Origin: Candidatus Woesearchaeota archaeon
Lineage (GTDB): Archaea > Nanobdellota > Nanobdellia > Pacearchaeales > GW2011-AR1
Length of the DNA stretch: 64,000 nucleotides
Assembly: GCA_964651965.1 (NCBI GenBank)
Contig: CAZYZS010000006.1
Location: 42-64,041 of the forward strand
Direction of reading: 5' to 3'
Under the pieces are notes generated by a model. That model searched no databases and had not been told where the DNA came from. It was given only the letters and a program-made list of their open reading frames with translations. The first letter of the stretch is position 1. Each line of letters starts with the position of its first letter. Below are positions 17,668-26,760 of this stretch, piece by piece. The translations under genes and the position numbers were made by a program.

Positions 17668-17985
17668 ATGGTGAATAAAGAAACAAATAAGGTCTGGAAT
17701 TTTTTTAAGCCAAGCATATTGAAAGTAGTTATAACTGTAGTTATATTCTTATTTTTTGTGCCTTTTGTCAGTATAGACTCAGGAGTTAGATGTGTTACAG
17801 AGCCGTGTGAATCTGAATCTACTGTTTCTCTTCTTATATATATTATTTCGGTGTTTGAAGGAGAGGTGACTGTTTATGACTTTTTTTATACAAATATTTT
17901 ATTGGGGATTGTTGCTTCCTATGTTTCGTCCTGCATAGTTGTGGTTTTAGTTGCTTATTTGAAAAATAAAGCCAAAGATATTTAA
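17668..17985 (+). CDS. small two-TM membrane protein with CxxxxC loop (105 aa)
   Basis: TM1, loop GVRCVTEPCESES, TM2, tail KNKAKDI. The stop lies 1 nt before the pgk ATG. Confidence 0.5.
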   Translation: MVNKETNKVWNFFKPSILKVVITVVIFLFFVPFVSIDSGVRCVTEPCESESTVSLLIYIISVFEGEVTVYDFFYTNILLGIVASYVSSCIVVVLVAYLKNKAKDI

Positions 17986-17986
17986 T

Positions 17987-19126
17987 ATGAGAACTTTGTC
18001 TGATTTTGATTTCAGGGGAAAGATAGTTTTGCTAAGGGCAGATTTGAATTCTGATGTTGTTGGAGGGAAGGTTTTGATGAGTGAGAGAATAAAAGAGTCT
18101 GCTGTAACAATAAACGAGCTAAAACAGAAAAGAGCTAAAGTTGTTGTGATAGCACATCAGGGAAGAAAAGGAGATTCTGATTTCACTTCTTTAAAGCAAC
18201 ATTCTGCACTTTTGAATAAGTTTACAAAAATAAAATTTGTTGATGAGGTTAGTGGTGAAAAAGCAAGGAAGGCCATAAAAGGGATGAAAGAGGGAGAAGC
18301 CATCCTTTTAGAAAATATTAGAAATATAGACGATGAGCTTAAGCCCGAAAAAGGAGAAGAAAATGAAATAGTCAAATTCTTTGTCCCGCTTGTTAATGCC
18401 TATGTTAATGATTCTTTTTCTGTCTGTCATAGAGAGCAGGCTTCAATTACTCTGCTGCCAAAATACATCCCTTGTTTTGCAGGGAGGCTGCTTGAAAAAG
18501 AAGTCAATGCCTTGAAGAAAATAAAAATGAAAGAATGTTTGTACATATTAGGGGGGGCAAAGCCAGAAGACAACTTAAAATTGTTGCGTGGAAATAAGGT
18601 CTTAGCTTGCGGGCTGTTTGGGCAATTGTGCTTAATTGCGATGGGAAAAGGTTTAGGAGCCCAGAATAAATATCTCGAGGGGCAGATTAAAGATTTTGAT
18701 AGAGTGGTAGAGGAGCTAAAAGGAAAACTAAAAAATGTGCAAACTCCTATTGATTTTGCAGTTAAGAAAAATGGAAAAAGAGAGGAAATCTTACTGGAGA
18801 ATTTTCCTAGTGAATATGAAATTTTTGATATAGGCGAGAAAACCCAGAAAAAATACATTGAACAGATTAAAAAGGCAAAATCCATTTATATGAAAGGCCC
18901 TGCTGGATTTTGTGGAGAGGAGCCGTTTTCAAAGGGCACCATTGCCATTTTAAAGGCAGTTTCAGAGAGCAAGGGCTTTACATTGATAGGAGGAGGACAT
19001 CTTTCTGACGCAATTGAAATGTCTAAAATACCGAAGGAAGAGTTTGGGCATATAAGCCTTTCTGGAGGTGCATTATTAAGCTACGTCGCAGGGGAGAAAT
19101 TGCCAGGGTTAGAAGCATTGGGATGA
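17987..19126 (+). CDS. pgk: phosphoglycerate kinase (archaeal type)
   Basis: GKIVLLRADLNSDV, VVIAHQGRKG, GGAK, GGGHLS motifs; 379 aa. Confidence 0.85.
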   Translation: MRTLSDFDFRGKIVLLRADLNSDVVGGKVLMSERIKESAVTINELKQKRAKVVVIAHQGRKGDSDFTSLKQHSALLNKFTKIKFVDEVSGEKARKAIKGMKEGEAILLENIRNIDDELKPEKGEENEIVKFFVPLVNAYVNDSFSVCHREQASITLLPKYIPCFAGRLLEKEVNALKKIKMKECLYILGGAKPEDNLKLLRGNKVLACGLFGQLCLIAMGKGLGAQNKYLEGQIKDFDRVVEELKGKLKNVQTPIDFAVKKNGKREEILLENFPSEYEIFDIGEKTQKKYIEQIKKAKSIYMKGPAGFCGEEPFSKGTIAILKAVSESKGFTLIGGGHLSDAIEMSKIPKEEFGHISLSGGALLSYVAGEKLPGLEALG

Positions 19127-19183
19127 CTTAATGATAAACTTTAAAACCCCTTTTTTCTTTATATATAAACAAAAGAGGAGAAA

Positions 19184-19447
19184 ATGAGGAAGGTTAAAAC
19201 AGAAAAGATTAAGGTAAGTTTCTTTAGGCTTACTAAAGTAAAGCTTTTACTCATAATTGTCTTTTTCGCGCTGATTGTGTATCTAGCAGGGATTCCTGTG
19301 AGGATTGTTCCAGAAGTTACCCTTTCTATAAAAAGCCTGCCTTCAGTGATTATCCTTATTTTACTGGAGCTTATTATAAGCTATATAATAGCCTGCATTG
19401 TTGTTTTTTTATTTCATAAGCACTGGAGAAGACAAAGAAAAATTTAA
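19184..19447 (+). CDS. small two-TM hairpin membrane protein with basic tail (87 aa)
   Basis: AGAGGAG SD upstream; two hydrophobic helices; tail HKHWRRQRKI. The stop lies 6 nt before the next ATG. Confidence 0.5.
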   Translation: MRKVKTEKIKVSFFRLTKVKLLLIIVFFALIVYLAGIPVRIVPEVTLSIKSLPSVIILILLELIISYIIACIVVFLFHKHWRRQRKI

Positions 19448-19453
19448 GGTAAG

Positions 19454-20392
19454 ATGGAACTCTGCAATTGGATACTAGGATTTCCTGAAAGAATCAGGGA
19501 CTCGTACGATATAAGCGTATGTAAGTTGAAAAGGGTATTTGATAATATTGTCTTTATCGGCATGGGCGGAAGCTATATCGCTGGATTGACTTTTAAAAGC
19601 ATGTATCAGGAAGAAATGAAAATGCCTATTGAGGTAAGGCATTCTGTGAATTATACCAATAGCCATACTCTTTATGTTCTTGTGAGCTATTCTGGAAATG
19701 CAGCAGAAGTTCTGCAGGCACTTGAAAAACTGAAAAAAGTGCATAGCGATAATATTCTAGTTATAACTTCAGGAGGAAAACTCTTGAGAGAGGCAAGAAA
19801 AAGAAAAATAGGATGCATAAAGGTAAAGCCTGGGCTTCATCAAAGATTTACTTTTGCCGAGTTGTTTTTTCCTATTGTAAAAGTTTTTGAGAAAGCAGGC
19901 TACTTGGAGAGTAAGAGAAAGCAAGTTCATCAAATTGTAAAGACACTACAAGAAAGTGCAGATAGGTTGGACAAAAATGCCAGGCTTCTAGCTGGAAAAA
20001 TTAGGGAAGATACCCCTATTTTTTACGCATCTGAATATTTTTATCCTGTAGCATACAGGCTTCAGACCTCTATGGAAGAAGACGCAAAAATAATCTGTCA
20101 TGCTAACCAGATACCTGAGATGTTTCACAATGAACTGGAAGCTTTGCCTGCCAGTTATTTTATTCCTATACTGATTATTGATAGGAAAGAAACAAGAGAG
20201 TACAAAAGGAGGATAAAATTCTTCAAGAAGCATGCTAGGTTTTTTTATGAGCTTGGCGGAGAAAAGTACAGCAGAGAAGAAAGAATGTTCCTTTTGTTTT
20301 ATTTTGCTGATTTTTTAGGATATTATCTTGCAGAATTAAAAGACAGCGATTTTGGAGATACTCCGATATCCGATACAATTAAAAAATATTAA
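19454..20392 (+). CDS. SIS-domain bifunctional phosphoglucose/phosphomannose isomerase-like protein
   Basis: FIGMGGSYIAG and VLVSYSGNAAEVL SIS motifs; ~310 aa, as in crenarchaeal-type PGI/PMI. Confidence 0.7.
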   Translation: MELCNWILGFPERIRDSYDISVCKLKRVFDNIVFIGMGGSYIAGLTFKSMYQEEMKMPIEVRHSVNYTNSHTLYVLVSYSGNAAEVLQALEKLKKVHSDNILVITSGGKLLREARKRKIGCIKVKPGLHQRFTFAELFFPIVKVFEKAGYLESKRKQVHQIVKTLQESADRLDKNARLLAGKIREDTPIFYASEYFYPVAYRLQTSMEEDAKIICHANQIPEMFHNELEALPASYFIPILIIDRKETREYKRRIKFFKKHARFFYELGGEKYSREERMFLLFYFADFLGYYLAELKDSDFGDTPISDTIKKY

Positions 20393-20471
20393 ATTTCTTT
20401 TATAGTAACCTATATAAATCTTGATTTTCTTATAATAATTAAAGCTTTAAAGAGAGAAAAAAAGGTGAAAG

Positions 20472-21605
20472 ATGGCTGAAGAAAAAATAGAAGAAATACA
20501 TAACTTGACCGATAAAGCCTACGAAAGAGCAGTGGAAGTTATAAATCAGTGCTCTAGTGAATATGGACTTTTTGCTTCTGGAGGCAAAAAAGGATATAAA
20601 GGAGTTTGGAGCAGAGATAGTTTTATAACTTTTCTTGGGGCAAGCCTTGTAAAAGATAGGGATTTCAAGAAGACTTTCAAGAAAAGCCTGGAAATTCTTG
20701 GAGACTATCAAAGTAAAAAAGGACAGATACCTAATGCTGTTTTAAATTTTGACAGAAAAACTCCGCAAGTTGACTATTTGTCAATTGATTCCAGCTTGTG
20801 GTTTATAATCGGACATTATATCTATAAAAAAAGATACAAAGATGAGGCGGTGTTCCATAAATACAAGGAGCATATAGATAATGCATTAACTTGGCTTTCT
20901 TATCAGGATATTAGCGAGGATATAATGCTGGACCAGTTGCCTACTACGGACTGGCAGGATGCATTTCCGCAAAGATACGGGCAGACAATAAATACCCAGG
21001 CTCTTTATTATTATGTTTTAAAGCTAGTCGGAAAGAAAGAACTTGCAAAAAAACTGAAGTTTAATGTTAACCGGAAAAAAGGGCTTAGATTATGGAACGG
21101 AGAACATTACTGGGCTTACAGATGGAAAAATCATAATAAATACAAGGAAATAGGAGATTGGTTTGACTCGCTTGGCAATCTACTGGCAATTGTTTTCGGG
21201 CTTGCTTCTAAGGGCATGTCGGAAAAAATACTCGCTTATATAAAAAGCCAGAGGATAGACTATCCTTTCCCAGTTAAGTCAATACATCCTGTTATCACAA
21301 AAAGAAGCGAGTACTGGGAAGACTATTATATGGATTGCGAGGCTGGAAAGCCCCATCATTATTTAAACGGGGGAATTTGGCCGTATATTGGAGGGTTTTA
21401 TGTTCTGGCTTTAATTAAGATGAAGAAATTTGAGGAAGCTAAAGAGCAGCTGGATAAACTTGCAGAGTCTAACTTAAGGGGGAATACTTTTCCAGAATGG
21501 ATTGACCCTATTAGATGGAAAACTCATGGAAGATTCCAGGCATGGAGTGCAGGGCTTTATATCTTAGCCCATCAGTCACTGAAAGCAAAAAAAGTGCTAA
21601 TATAA
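20472..21605 (+). CDS. (alpha/alpha)6-barrel glycoside hydrolase-like protein (GDE_C / GH100-like)
   Basis: GYKGVWSRDSFITFLGA, TTDWQDAFP, GGIWPYIGGFY; the family assignment is approximate. Confidence 0.55.
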   Translation: MAEEKIEEIHNLTDKAYERAVEVINQCSSEYGLFASGGKKGYKGVWSRDSFITFLGASLVKDRDFKKTFKKSLEILGDYQSKKGQIPNAVLNFDRKTPQVDYLSIDSSLWFIIGHYIYKKRYKDEAVFHKYKEHIDNALTWLSYQDISEDIMLDQLPTTDWQDAFPQRYGQTINTQALYYYVLKLVGKKELAKKLKFNVNRKKGLRLWNGEHYWAYRWKNHNKYKEIGDWFDSLGNLLAIVFGLASKGMSEKILAYIKSQRIDYPFPVKSIHPVITKRSEYWEDYYMDCEAGKPHHYLNGGIWPYIGGFYVLALIKMKKFEEAKEQLDKLAESNLRGNTFPEWIDPIRWKTHGRFQAWSAGLYILAHQSLKAKKVLI

Positions 21606-21633
21606 GGAAGAATTATTATTTATAATATTTCTG

Positions 21634-22455
21634 CTAATGTCCCCTTCCACCAATAGTCTCTGAAATAAATTTAGTTCGAGCTTCCATTTCATACGCCAAA
21701 TTTCTAAATGGATTTCTGGTGTATTCCAGTAGAGGAACTTTCCCCCCTAATTTAGTTCCAAATTTCTTTCCCAGTTTATTAGCATAATACCCTACATAAC
21801 CCCCAGCAATACAACCAATACCCAAAGAAGAGGCGGCGGTTAAACCAGGGGGTAATCTGGCGAAACATCCAAGTAAAAGGCCTCCTACTACAGTTGTTAA
21901 ACCTGCTCCCACCCCCAATGGAAAACCTAGTATTAATCCCCATTTCTCTTTTAATTCTTCTTCCCTTTTAGCAGACTCGATAAGATATACATCTTTTCCT
22001 TTAAATCTTAAATGTCCAGAATTTAGTATTGGTGTGTTTTCTAAGCCTAGATTTGTTAAATGATATTTTAATCGAGTTGTGTCATCTGCGCTAAAAAACT
22101 TATTTGGGTCATATGTGGTTGTTTTGTCTCTTCTAACTTCTTCATCAATAGAAATTAATCTAGACGCATAAACCTTGGTGTTTGAACTAATTAAAGGAAG
22201 TTCCTCTCTTGCATTATTTAATGCGGCATCCATAGATTCAACTCCTGCTTCTAATCCTCTAATATTTTCTCTTGCATCATTTGTATCTTCAGGAAGAGCA
22301 CACGTAAGATTATTTTTACCTTCTCTGCATTCTTGCTTAAAGCACGCAAGAGCATAAGCGCTCATTTCAGCAAAGTCTATTTCTTCTGAATAGTAGCATC
22401 CTGAAGGACACCCAGTCCTTCTCATAACTTTTACTTTTTGTGTTTCGTTTGTCAT
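21634..22455 (-). CDS. hypothetical protein with C-terminal glycine-zipper membrane segments
   Basis: 273 aa. N-terminal Cys-containing soluble part, then GFPLGVGAGLTTVVGGLLLG and SLGIGCIAGGYVGYY glycine-zipper-like helices. Confidence 0.5.
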   Translation of the reverse strand: MTNETQKVKVMRRTGCPSGCYYSEEIDFAEMSAYALACFKQECREGKNNLTCALPEDTNDARENIRGLEAGVESMDAALNNAREELPLISSNTKVYASRLISIDEEVRRDKTTTYDPNKFFSADDTTRLKYHLTNLGLENTPILNSGHLRFKGKDVYLIESAKREEELKEKWGLILGFPLGVGAGLTTVVGGLLLGCFARLPPGLTAASSLGIGCIAGGYVGYYANKLGKKFGTKLGGKVPLLEYTRNPFRNLAYEMEARTKFISETIGGRGH

Positions 22456-22527
22456 TTTATTGTTTTATTTTGTTTATTTATTTACTTTATAGTAGTATCT
22501 AATTTAGGGCATATTTATATTTTATTC

Positions 22528-22542
22528 ACTCCCTTAGGGAGT
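22528..22542. promoter_or_regulatory. perfect 7-1-7 palindrome ACTCCCT-T-AGGGAGT; candidate operator
   Basis: Read directly. It lies 4 nt upstream of TATA box 22547-22554 in the divergent intergenic region next to the TrmB-family gene. Confidence 0.4.
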
Positions 22543-22546
22543 TAAG

Positions 22547-22554
22547 TTTAAATA
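22547..22554 (+). promoter_or_regulatory. TATA box TTTAAATA, 21 nt upstream of ATG 22576
   Basis: Read directly. Confidence 0.4.
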
Positions 22555-22575
22555 GATGTTAAAGCATTAAATGTT

Positions 22576-23331
22576 ATGAATATATCATTACTCGAAGAGA
22601 TAGGGCTTACAAAAACAGAGATTAAGCTTTACCTAGCCTTGCTCAAACTGGGAGAAAGCTCAACAACTGCAATCATGCAGGAATCTCAGGTTCCAGCTTC
22701 AAAAGTGTATGAATTCTTAGACAAATTGATAAAAAAAGGGCTTGTCAGCTATATAATAAAGAACAATAAAAAATATTTCAGGGCTGAAAACCCAGAAAAC
22801 CTCAAAAATTATTTAGAAGGAAAAAAGGATAAGGTAGACAAACAAATATTACAGGTGAACTCTTTGATTCCAGAGCTTAATTCAATTAGATCTGCTAAAG
22901 AAGAGGAGATTGAAGCATCAGTATATGAAGGTTTAGATGGATTAAAAGCTCTTTATGAAAAAAATTTTAAAGTATTAGAAAAAGGGGATACTCATTATAT
23001 TATTGGTGCACCAAGGATAGGCAATGAAAAGCTTGAAGGCTATTTATTAGATTGGCATAAAAGGAGAATAAAAAAAGGAGTAAAATGCAAATACATTTAT
23101 GATTCTGATGCTAAAGAATACGGGAAAGTAAGAGAAAAAATGCCTTTAACAGAAGTAAAATATCTATCAAAAAATATTGTTTCTCCTGTTTGGATAGAAA
23201 TATTTGGAAATTATGTTGTTACAGGCCATATTACAGAAAAAGGGGCAGTTGCTTTCTTGATAAAAGATAAAGAAATAGCAAAGAAATATCTGCATTATTT
23301 TGAGGTTATCTGGAAAAATGCTAAATCCTAA
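22576..23331 (+). CDS. TrmB-family sugar-responsive transcriptional regulator
   Basis: N-terminal wHTH LLEEIGLTKTEIKLYLALLKLGESSTTAIMQESQVPASKVYEFLDKLIKKGLVSY, plus a C-terminal effector-like domain. Confidence 0.8.
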   Translation: MNISLLEEIGLTKTEIKLYLALLKLGESSTTAIMQESQVPASKVYEFLDKLIKKGLVSYIIKNNKKYFRAENPENLKNYLEGKKDKVDKQILQVNSLIPELNSIRSAKEEEIEASVYEGLDGLKALYEKNFKVLEKGDTHYIIGAPRIGNEKLEGYLLDWHKRRIKKGVKCKYIYDSDAKEYGKVREKMPLTEVKYLSKNIVSPVWIEIFGNYVVTGHITEKGAVAFLIKDKEIAKKYLHYFEVIWKNAKS

Positions 23332-23409
23332 CTACCTTTAATAACAAGAAAACATTTAATAATCCACAATCCAGTTACGTACTATTCATTAATAAAAAAG
23401 AGGTATAAA

Positions 23410-24540
23410 ATGTTAAATGATATAAAAGACAAAATTTTATTGAAGCCAGAAGATTTTAAGCCTTCTTCAGATAAGTTCGAGGTTCTTGGAGTTCTAAATC
23501 CGGGAGCCGGCTGCTTGAAAAATGGAAACATTGTTTTATATGTAAGAATTATAGAACAGCTGATTAAAAATCGGGATTCAGAATATTTTTATTCTCCAAG
23601 ATTTGTGGGAGAAGAGAGGTTCAGCATAAAAATTGACAAATTTAAGAAAGAGCTAGTTACAAGTTGTACTAATATCGATTTTTGTTTTGAGGATGGAACT
23701 AGAAGACTTACTTATATCTCTCATTTAAGAAGAGTTATTTTGGATAAAGATGGAATTAAAATTTTGAAGATTGAGCAAAAGCCAAGCTTTTATGGGCTTT
23801 CTTGGGATGCTGAGCTGGGAGTCGAAGACCCGAGAATAACTAAAATAGGCGATGTGTATTCTATGACTTATGTGGCATTATCAAGAAAAGAAAATATTTC
23901 AACTAGCTTGGCATTATCTAACGATGGTATCAACTGGTATAGAAGAGGAATTATCTTTGAGGAACAGAATAAAGATGTTGTCTTGTTCCCCAATAAGATA
24001 AATGGCAGGTTTGTAGCATTTGGAAGGCCTGAGGGGAGTTTTATATTTACTACCCCTCATATATGGGTAGCTTATTCTAAAGACTTAGAATATTGGGGGA
24101 AGCCTAAAGCGCTCTCTTTTTTAGAAAAAGAGGTTGCTTTTGCTAGGAGTGGAGCCGGCCCTCCACCTATAAAGACTAAAGATGGATGGCTGCTGATTTT
24201 TCATGCAGTTACAGAAAAATATAAGAGAGGTTTTATTACGTCTTTTAAGAAAATTTTTGGATTCAAAAATAAGCCTTATTGTTCCTACAGCGTCTGGGCT
24301 GCTTTATTTGATTTAAAAAATCCCGAAAAGCTGATTGCTTTATCTTCAGGTCCGATTATTTCTCCTAAAGGAAGAAAGGCAAAGTCTTTTGAAGATAAAC
24401 TAGTTATCTTTCCTACCGGACTTATTGAATGCGCAGATAATCAGGAAATTTTGTTGTACTCTGGGATTGGAGATAGGTTTATAGGAGTTAACAGGCTGAA
24501 AATAGACGAGATTATAAAATCGCTGGAAAAAGTGAGATAA
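23410..24540 (+). CDS. GH130-family glycosidase / mannoside phosphorylase-like
   Basis: GVLNPGA, GVEDPRITKIGDVYSMTYVA, GAGPPPIKT, beta-propeller-type repeats. Confidence 0.75.
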   Translation: MLNDIKDKILLKPEDFKPSSDKFEVLGVLNPGAGCLKNGNIVLYVRIIEQLIKNRDSEYFYSPRFVGEERFSIKIDKFKKELVTSCTNIDFCFEDGTRRLTYISHLRRVILDKDGIKILKIEQKPSFYGLSWDAELGVEDPRITKIGDVYSMTYVALSRKENISTSLALSNDGINWYRRGIIFEEQNKDVVLFPNKINGRFVAFGRPEGSFIFTTPHIWVAYSKDLEYWGKPKALSFLEKEVAFARSGAGPPPIKTKDGWLLIFHAVTEKYKRGFITSFKKIFGFKNKPYCSYSVWAALFDLKNPEKLIALSSGPIISPKGRKAKSFEDKLVIFPTGLIECADNQEILLYSGIGDRFIGVNRLKIDEIIKSLEKVR

Positions 24541-24552
24541 AAAAGAAAACAA

Positions 24553-25698
24553 ATGAAAGAAGGAAATCTTAAAGGGCGCGTGATGCTTTATGTTAATCAG
24601 GTACTTAGAACAGCCGGCTTCTCTTTTATTTCTTTATTTATACCTATTTATCTTTTGACTCTTGGATACAGTTTGAATTTCATATTTTTATATACCCTAT
24701 TTTATTATATTTTTGTCTTTGTTTTTTCTATAGTTGCAGTTTATATGGGGAATAAAATTGGATATAGAAGGTTATTCATACTAAATATCTTCGTAGTTAT
24801 TTTTTGGATGTTTTATCTTTCTGTTTTAAAAGATTTTCCGTTATCTATTTATCCCATTTTTTTTATGGGTTTATTGGGGGGGATTGAAGGCGCATTTTTT
24901 TGGACGCCTTTTAATATTCTCTTTGCAAAGTTTGGGAATGAGGGGAGAAGGGGAAGCCAGGTAGGCTTCTTAAGCATCTTTAATCAGCTTAGTTCAATAA
25001 TTGGTCCGGTTATAGGAGCATATCTTGCAGTTACAAGCGGGTTTAGCGAACTAATCTACTTTGCAACTTTTTTCTTTTTCTTATCCCTGCTCCCATTATT
25101 TTTCCTTGAGAATATTAAGCTGAAAACAACAGTTTCTTTAACAGGTCTGAAGAAATTCTACACTTTTCATAAGAGCTTTGCTTATGGTAATGTCTTTCAA
25201 AATATATTCGGGGAGGTACAGGGCATCATCTGGCCGATTTTTATATACCTGATGTTTAATAACAACCTCCTACATGTCGGCTATATTGGAAGTATTATAG
25301 CTGTTGGAACAATCGTCTTCACAGCAATCGTGGGAAAACTCAGCGATAGAATAGATAAACACATTTTGATAAAAATTGGGGGTTTAGCTTTTGCTCTGCT
25401 TTGGGTATTGGTTCTATTTTTTCAGCAGCCGATTTATTTGTACATAATCAGCGCCCTTTTTGGATTTGCAAGCCTCATGATCGCTCTGCCGTTTTCAACT
25501 ATAACTTATAGCAAGGCAGCAAAAGAAGAGGATATAGGGGAGTTTATTGTTTGGACCGAGGCTGCTTCGTTAGTTGGAAGACTGATTTTTATTGCTATAA
25601 TTCTGATTGCCCCTAACAAATTTTCTGCTAGCTTTATAATAGCTTCGTTATCTTGCTTGTACTTTGCAATAGCCAGATTTGAGAAGAAAACTAAGTGA
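24553..25698 (+). CDS. MFS transporter
   Basis: ~10-12 TM; MFS motif-A-like GNKIGYRRLF and GKLSDRIDKH in the two halves. Confidence 0.7.
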   Translation: MKEGNLKGRVMLYVNQVLRTAGFSFISLFIPIYLLTLGYSLNFIFLYTLFYYIFVFVFSIVAVYMGNKIGYRRLFILNIFVVIFWMFYLSVLKDFPLSIYPIFFMGLLGGIEGAFFWTPFNILFAKFGNEGRRGSQVGFLSIFNQLSSIIGPVIGAYLAVTSGFSELIYFATFFFFLSLLPLFFLENIKLKTTVSLTGLKKFYTFHKSFAYGNVFQNIFGEVQGIIWPIFIYLMFNNNLLHVGYIGSIIAVGTIVFTAIVGKLSDRIDKHILIKIGGLAFALLWVLVLFFQQPIYLYIISALFGFASLMIALPFSTITYSKAAKEEDIGEFIVWTEAASLVGRLIFIAIILIAPNKFSASFIIASLSCLYFAIARFEKKTK

Positions 25699-26740
25699 AA
25701 TTAGTTTCTATATATTTCTTTAGTTCTTTCATATTTATTTTATATGCTCTTACAAAAGAATCATCAACATGGCAGTATAAAATGCCCTCATCTTTGGATG
25801 TTTGCACAAATTCGCTTGCAAAAGTTATGCTTTTTGCATCAGGGTCTTCAAATAAAGGCTCTTTTGCTATCCAGGGGATTTCCCCTGTTTTAGTATTGAA
25901 AAGAATTAGACCAGGTTTATAATCTCCACGAACTTCTTTGTTATCCATTTTCTTCTTTGGTTCTCTTCCATTGACAATTACTACTAGGCAATCTCCAAAG
26001 TCTACCATCTCTTTTGGAATGAATCTGCAAGGGGATAATTCTTCTTTGCACCAGTGATAACCTTTTTCTTTTAGGTCAAAAAACGATTTAAGATTCCATG
26101 GCTTTCCCATGTCTTCTGCTTCAACAACTGCAATTGTTTGAAGACTATGCCCGTCTTCCTTTAACTTCCAGGACTCTGTTAAGTTCAGCCTTTTTCCTTT
26201 AGTGGCTATTGGAGAGATTGCCGCTTCTTTAAACCCTCTTATCTTTTGGGATGTCGGACCGAGGATTGGAGGAGTTGCTTTTAGGGTTTCAAGGGTTTTT
26301 CCCTGTGCGTGGCCTAAGTAGATATCAAGCCCGTGCTCGTTTTTATATTTTAAGGCAATTGTAAAATAAATATGTTTTATCTCCTTTTCGTCTGTCCAGA
26401 TATCTGGGTCTTCTAATCCCATTAAAACCTTATCTTTGCCTGCAAGCTTGCTGATTATTTTGTCTATTCCTTTAATTTTCAAATCTGCTACTTTTTTCCA
26501 TTGTAGGCCATTATCGCTTTCAACAATAATTAGCTTGCTTTCATCTGTATTCCCGTAGATTCTGGGATCGTTTTGATTACTCCTTAAGATTTCACGAGCC
26601 AGTCCTTTTACTGGATTATTTGAATTTTTGTCTATTGAAAGAGCCATAACCCTGTGTTCAGCGCTGACTGTTCCGAAAACCGGCTCTTCGTACATTGAAA
26701 CAGCAGAATTAATTTTTTTCCAGCCCATAATAAGATACAT
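25691..26740 (-). CDS. divergent GH130-like beta-propeller protein
   Basis: GLEDPDIW (compare GxEDPR of GH130), repeated beta-strand-rich segments. Weak call. Confidence 0.45.
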   Translation of the reverse strand: MYLIMGWKKINSAVSMYEEPVFGTVSAEHRVMALSIDKNSNNPVKGLAREILRSNQNDPRIYGNTDESKLIIVESDNGLQWKKVADLKIKGIDKIISKLAGKDKVLMGLEDPDIWTDEKEIKHIYFTIALKYKNEHGLDIYLGHAQGKTLETLKATPPILGPTSQKIRGFKEAAISPIATKGKRLNLTESWKLKEDGHSLQTIAVVEAEDMGKPWNLKSFFDLKEKGYHWCKEELSPCRFIPKEMVDFGDCLVVIVNGREPKKKMDNKEVRGDYKPGLILFNTKTGEIPWIAKEPLFEDPDAKSITFASEFVQTSKDEGILYCHVDDSFVRAYKINMKELKKYIETNFT

Positions 26741-26760
26741 TGAAAGAATTATATAAACTT

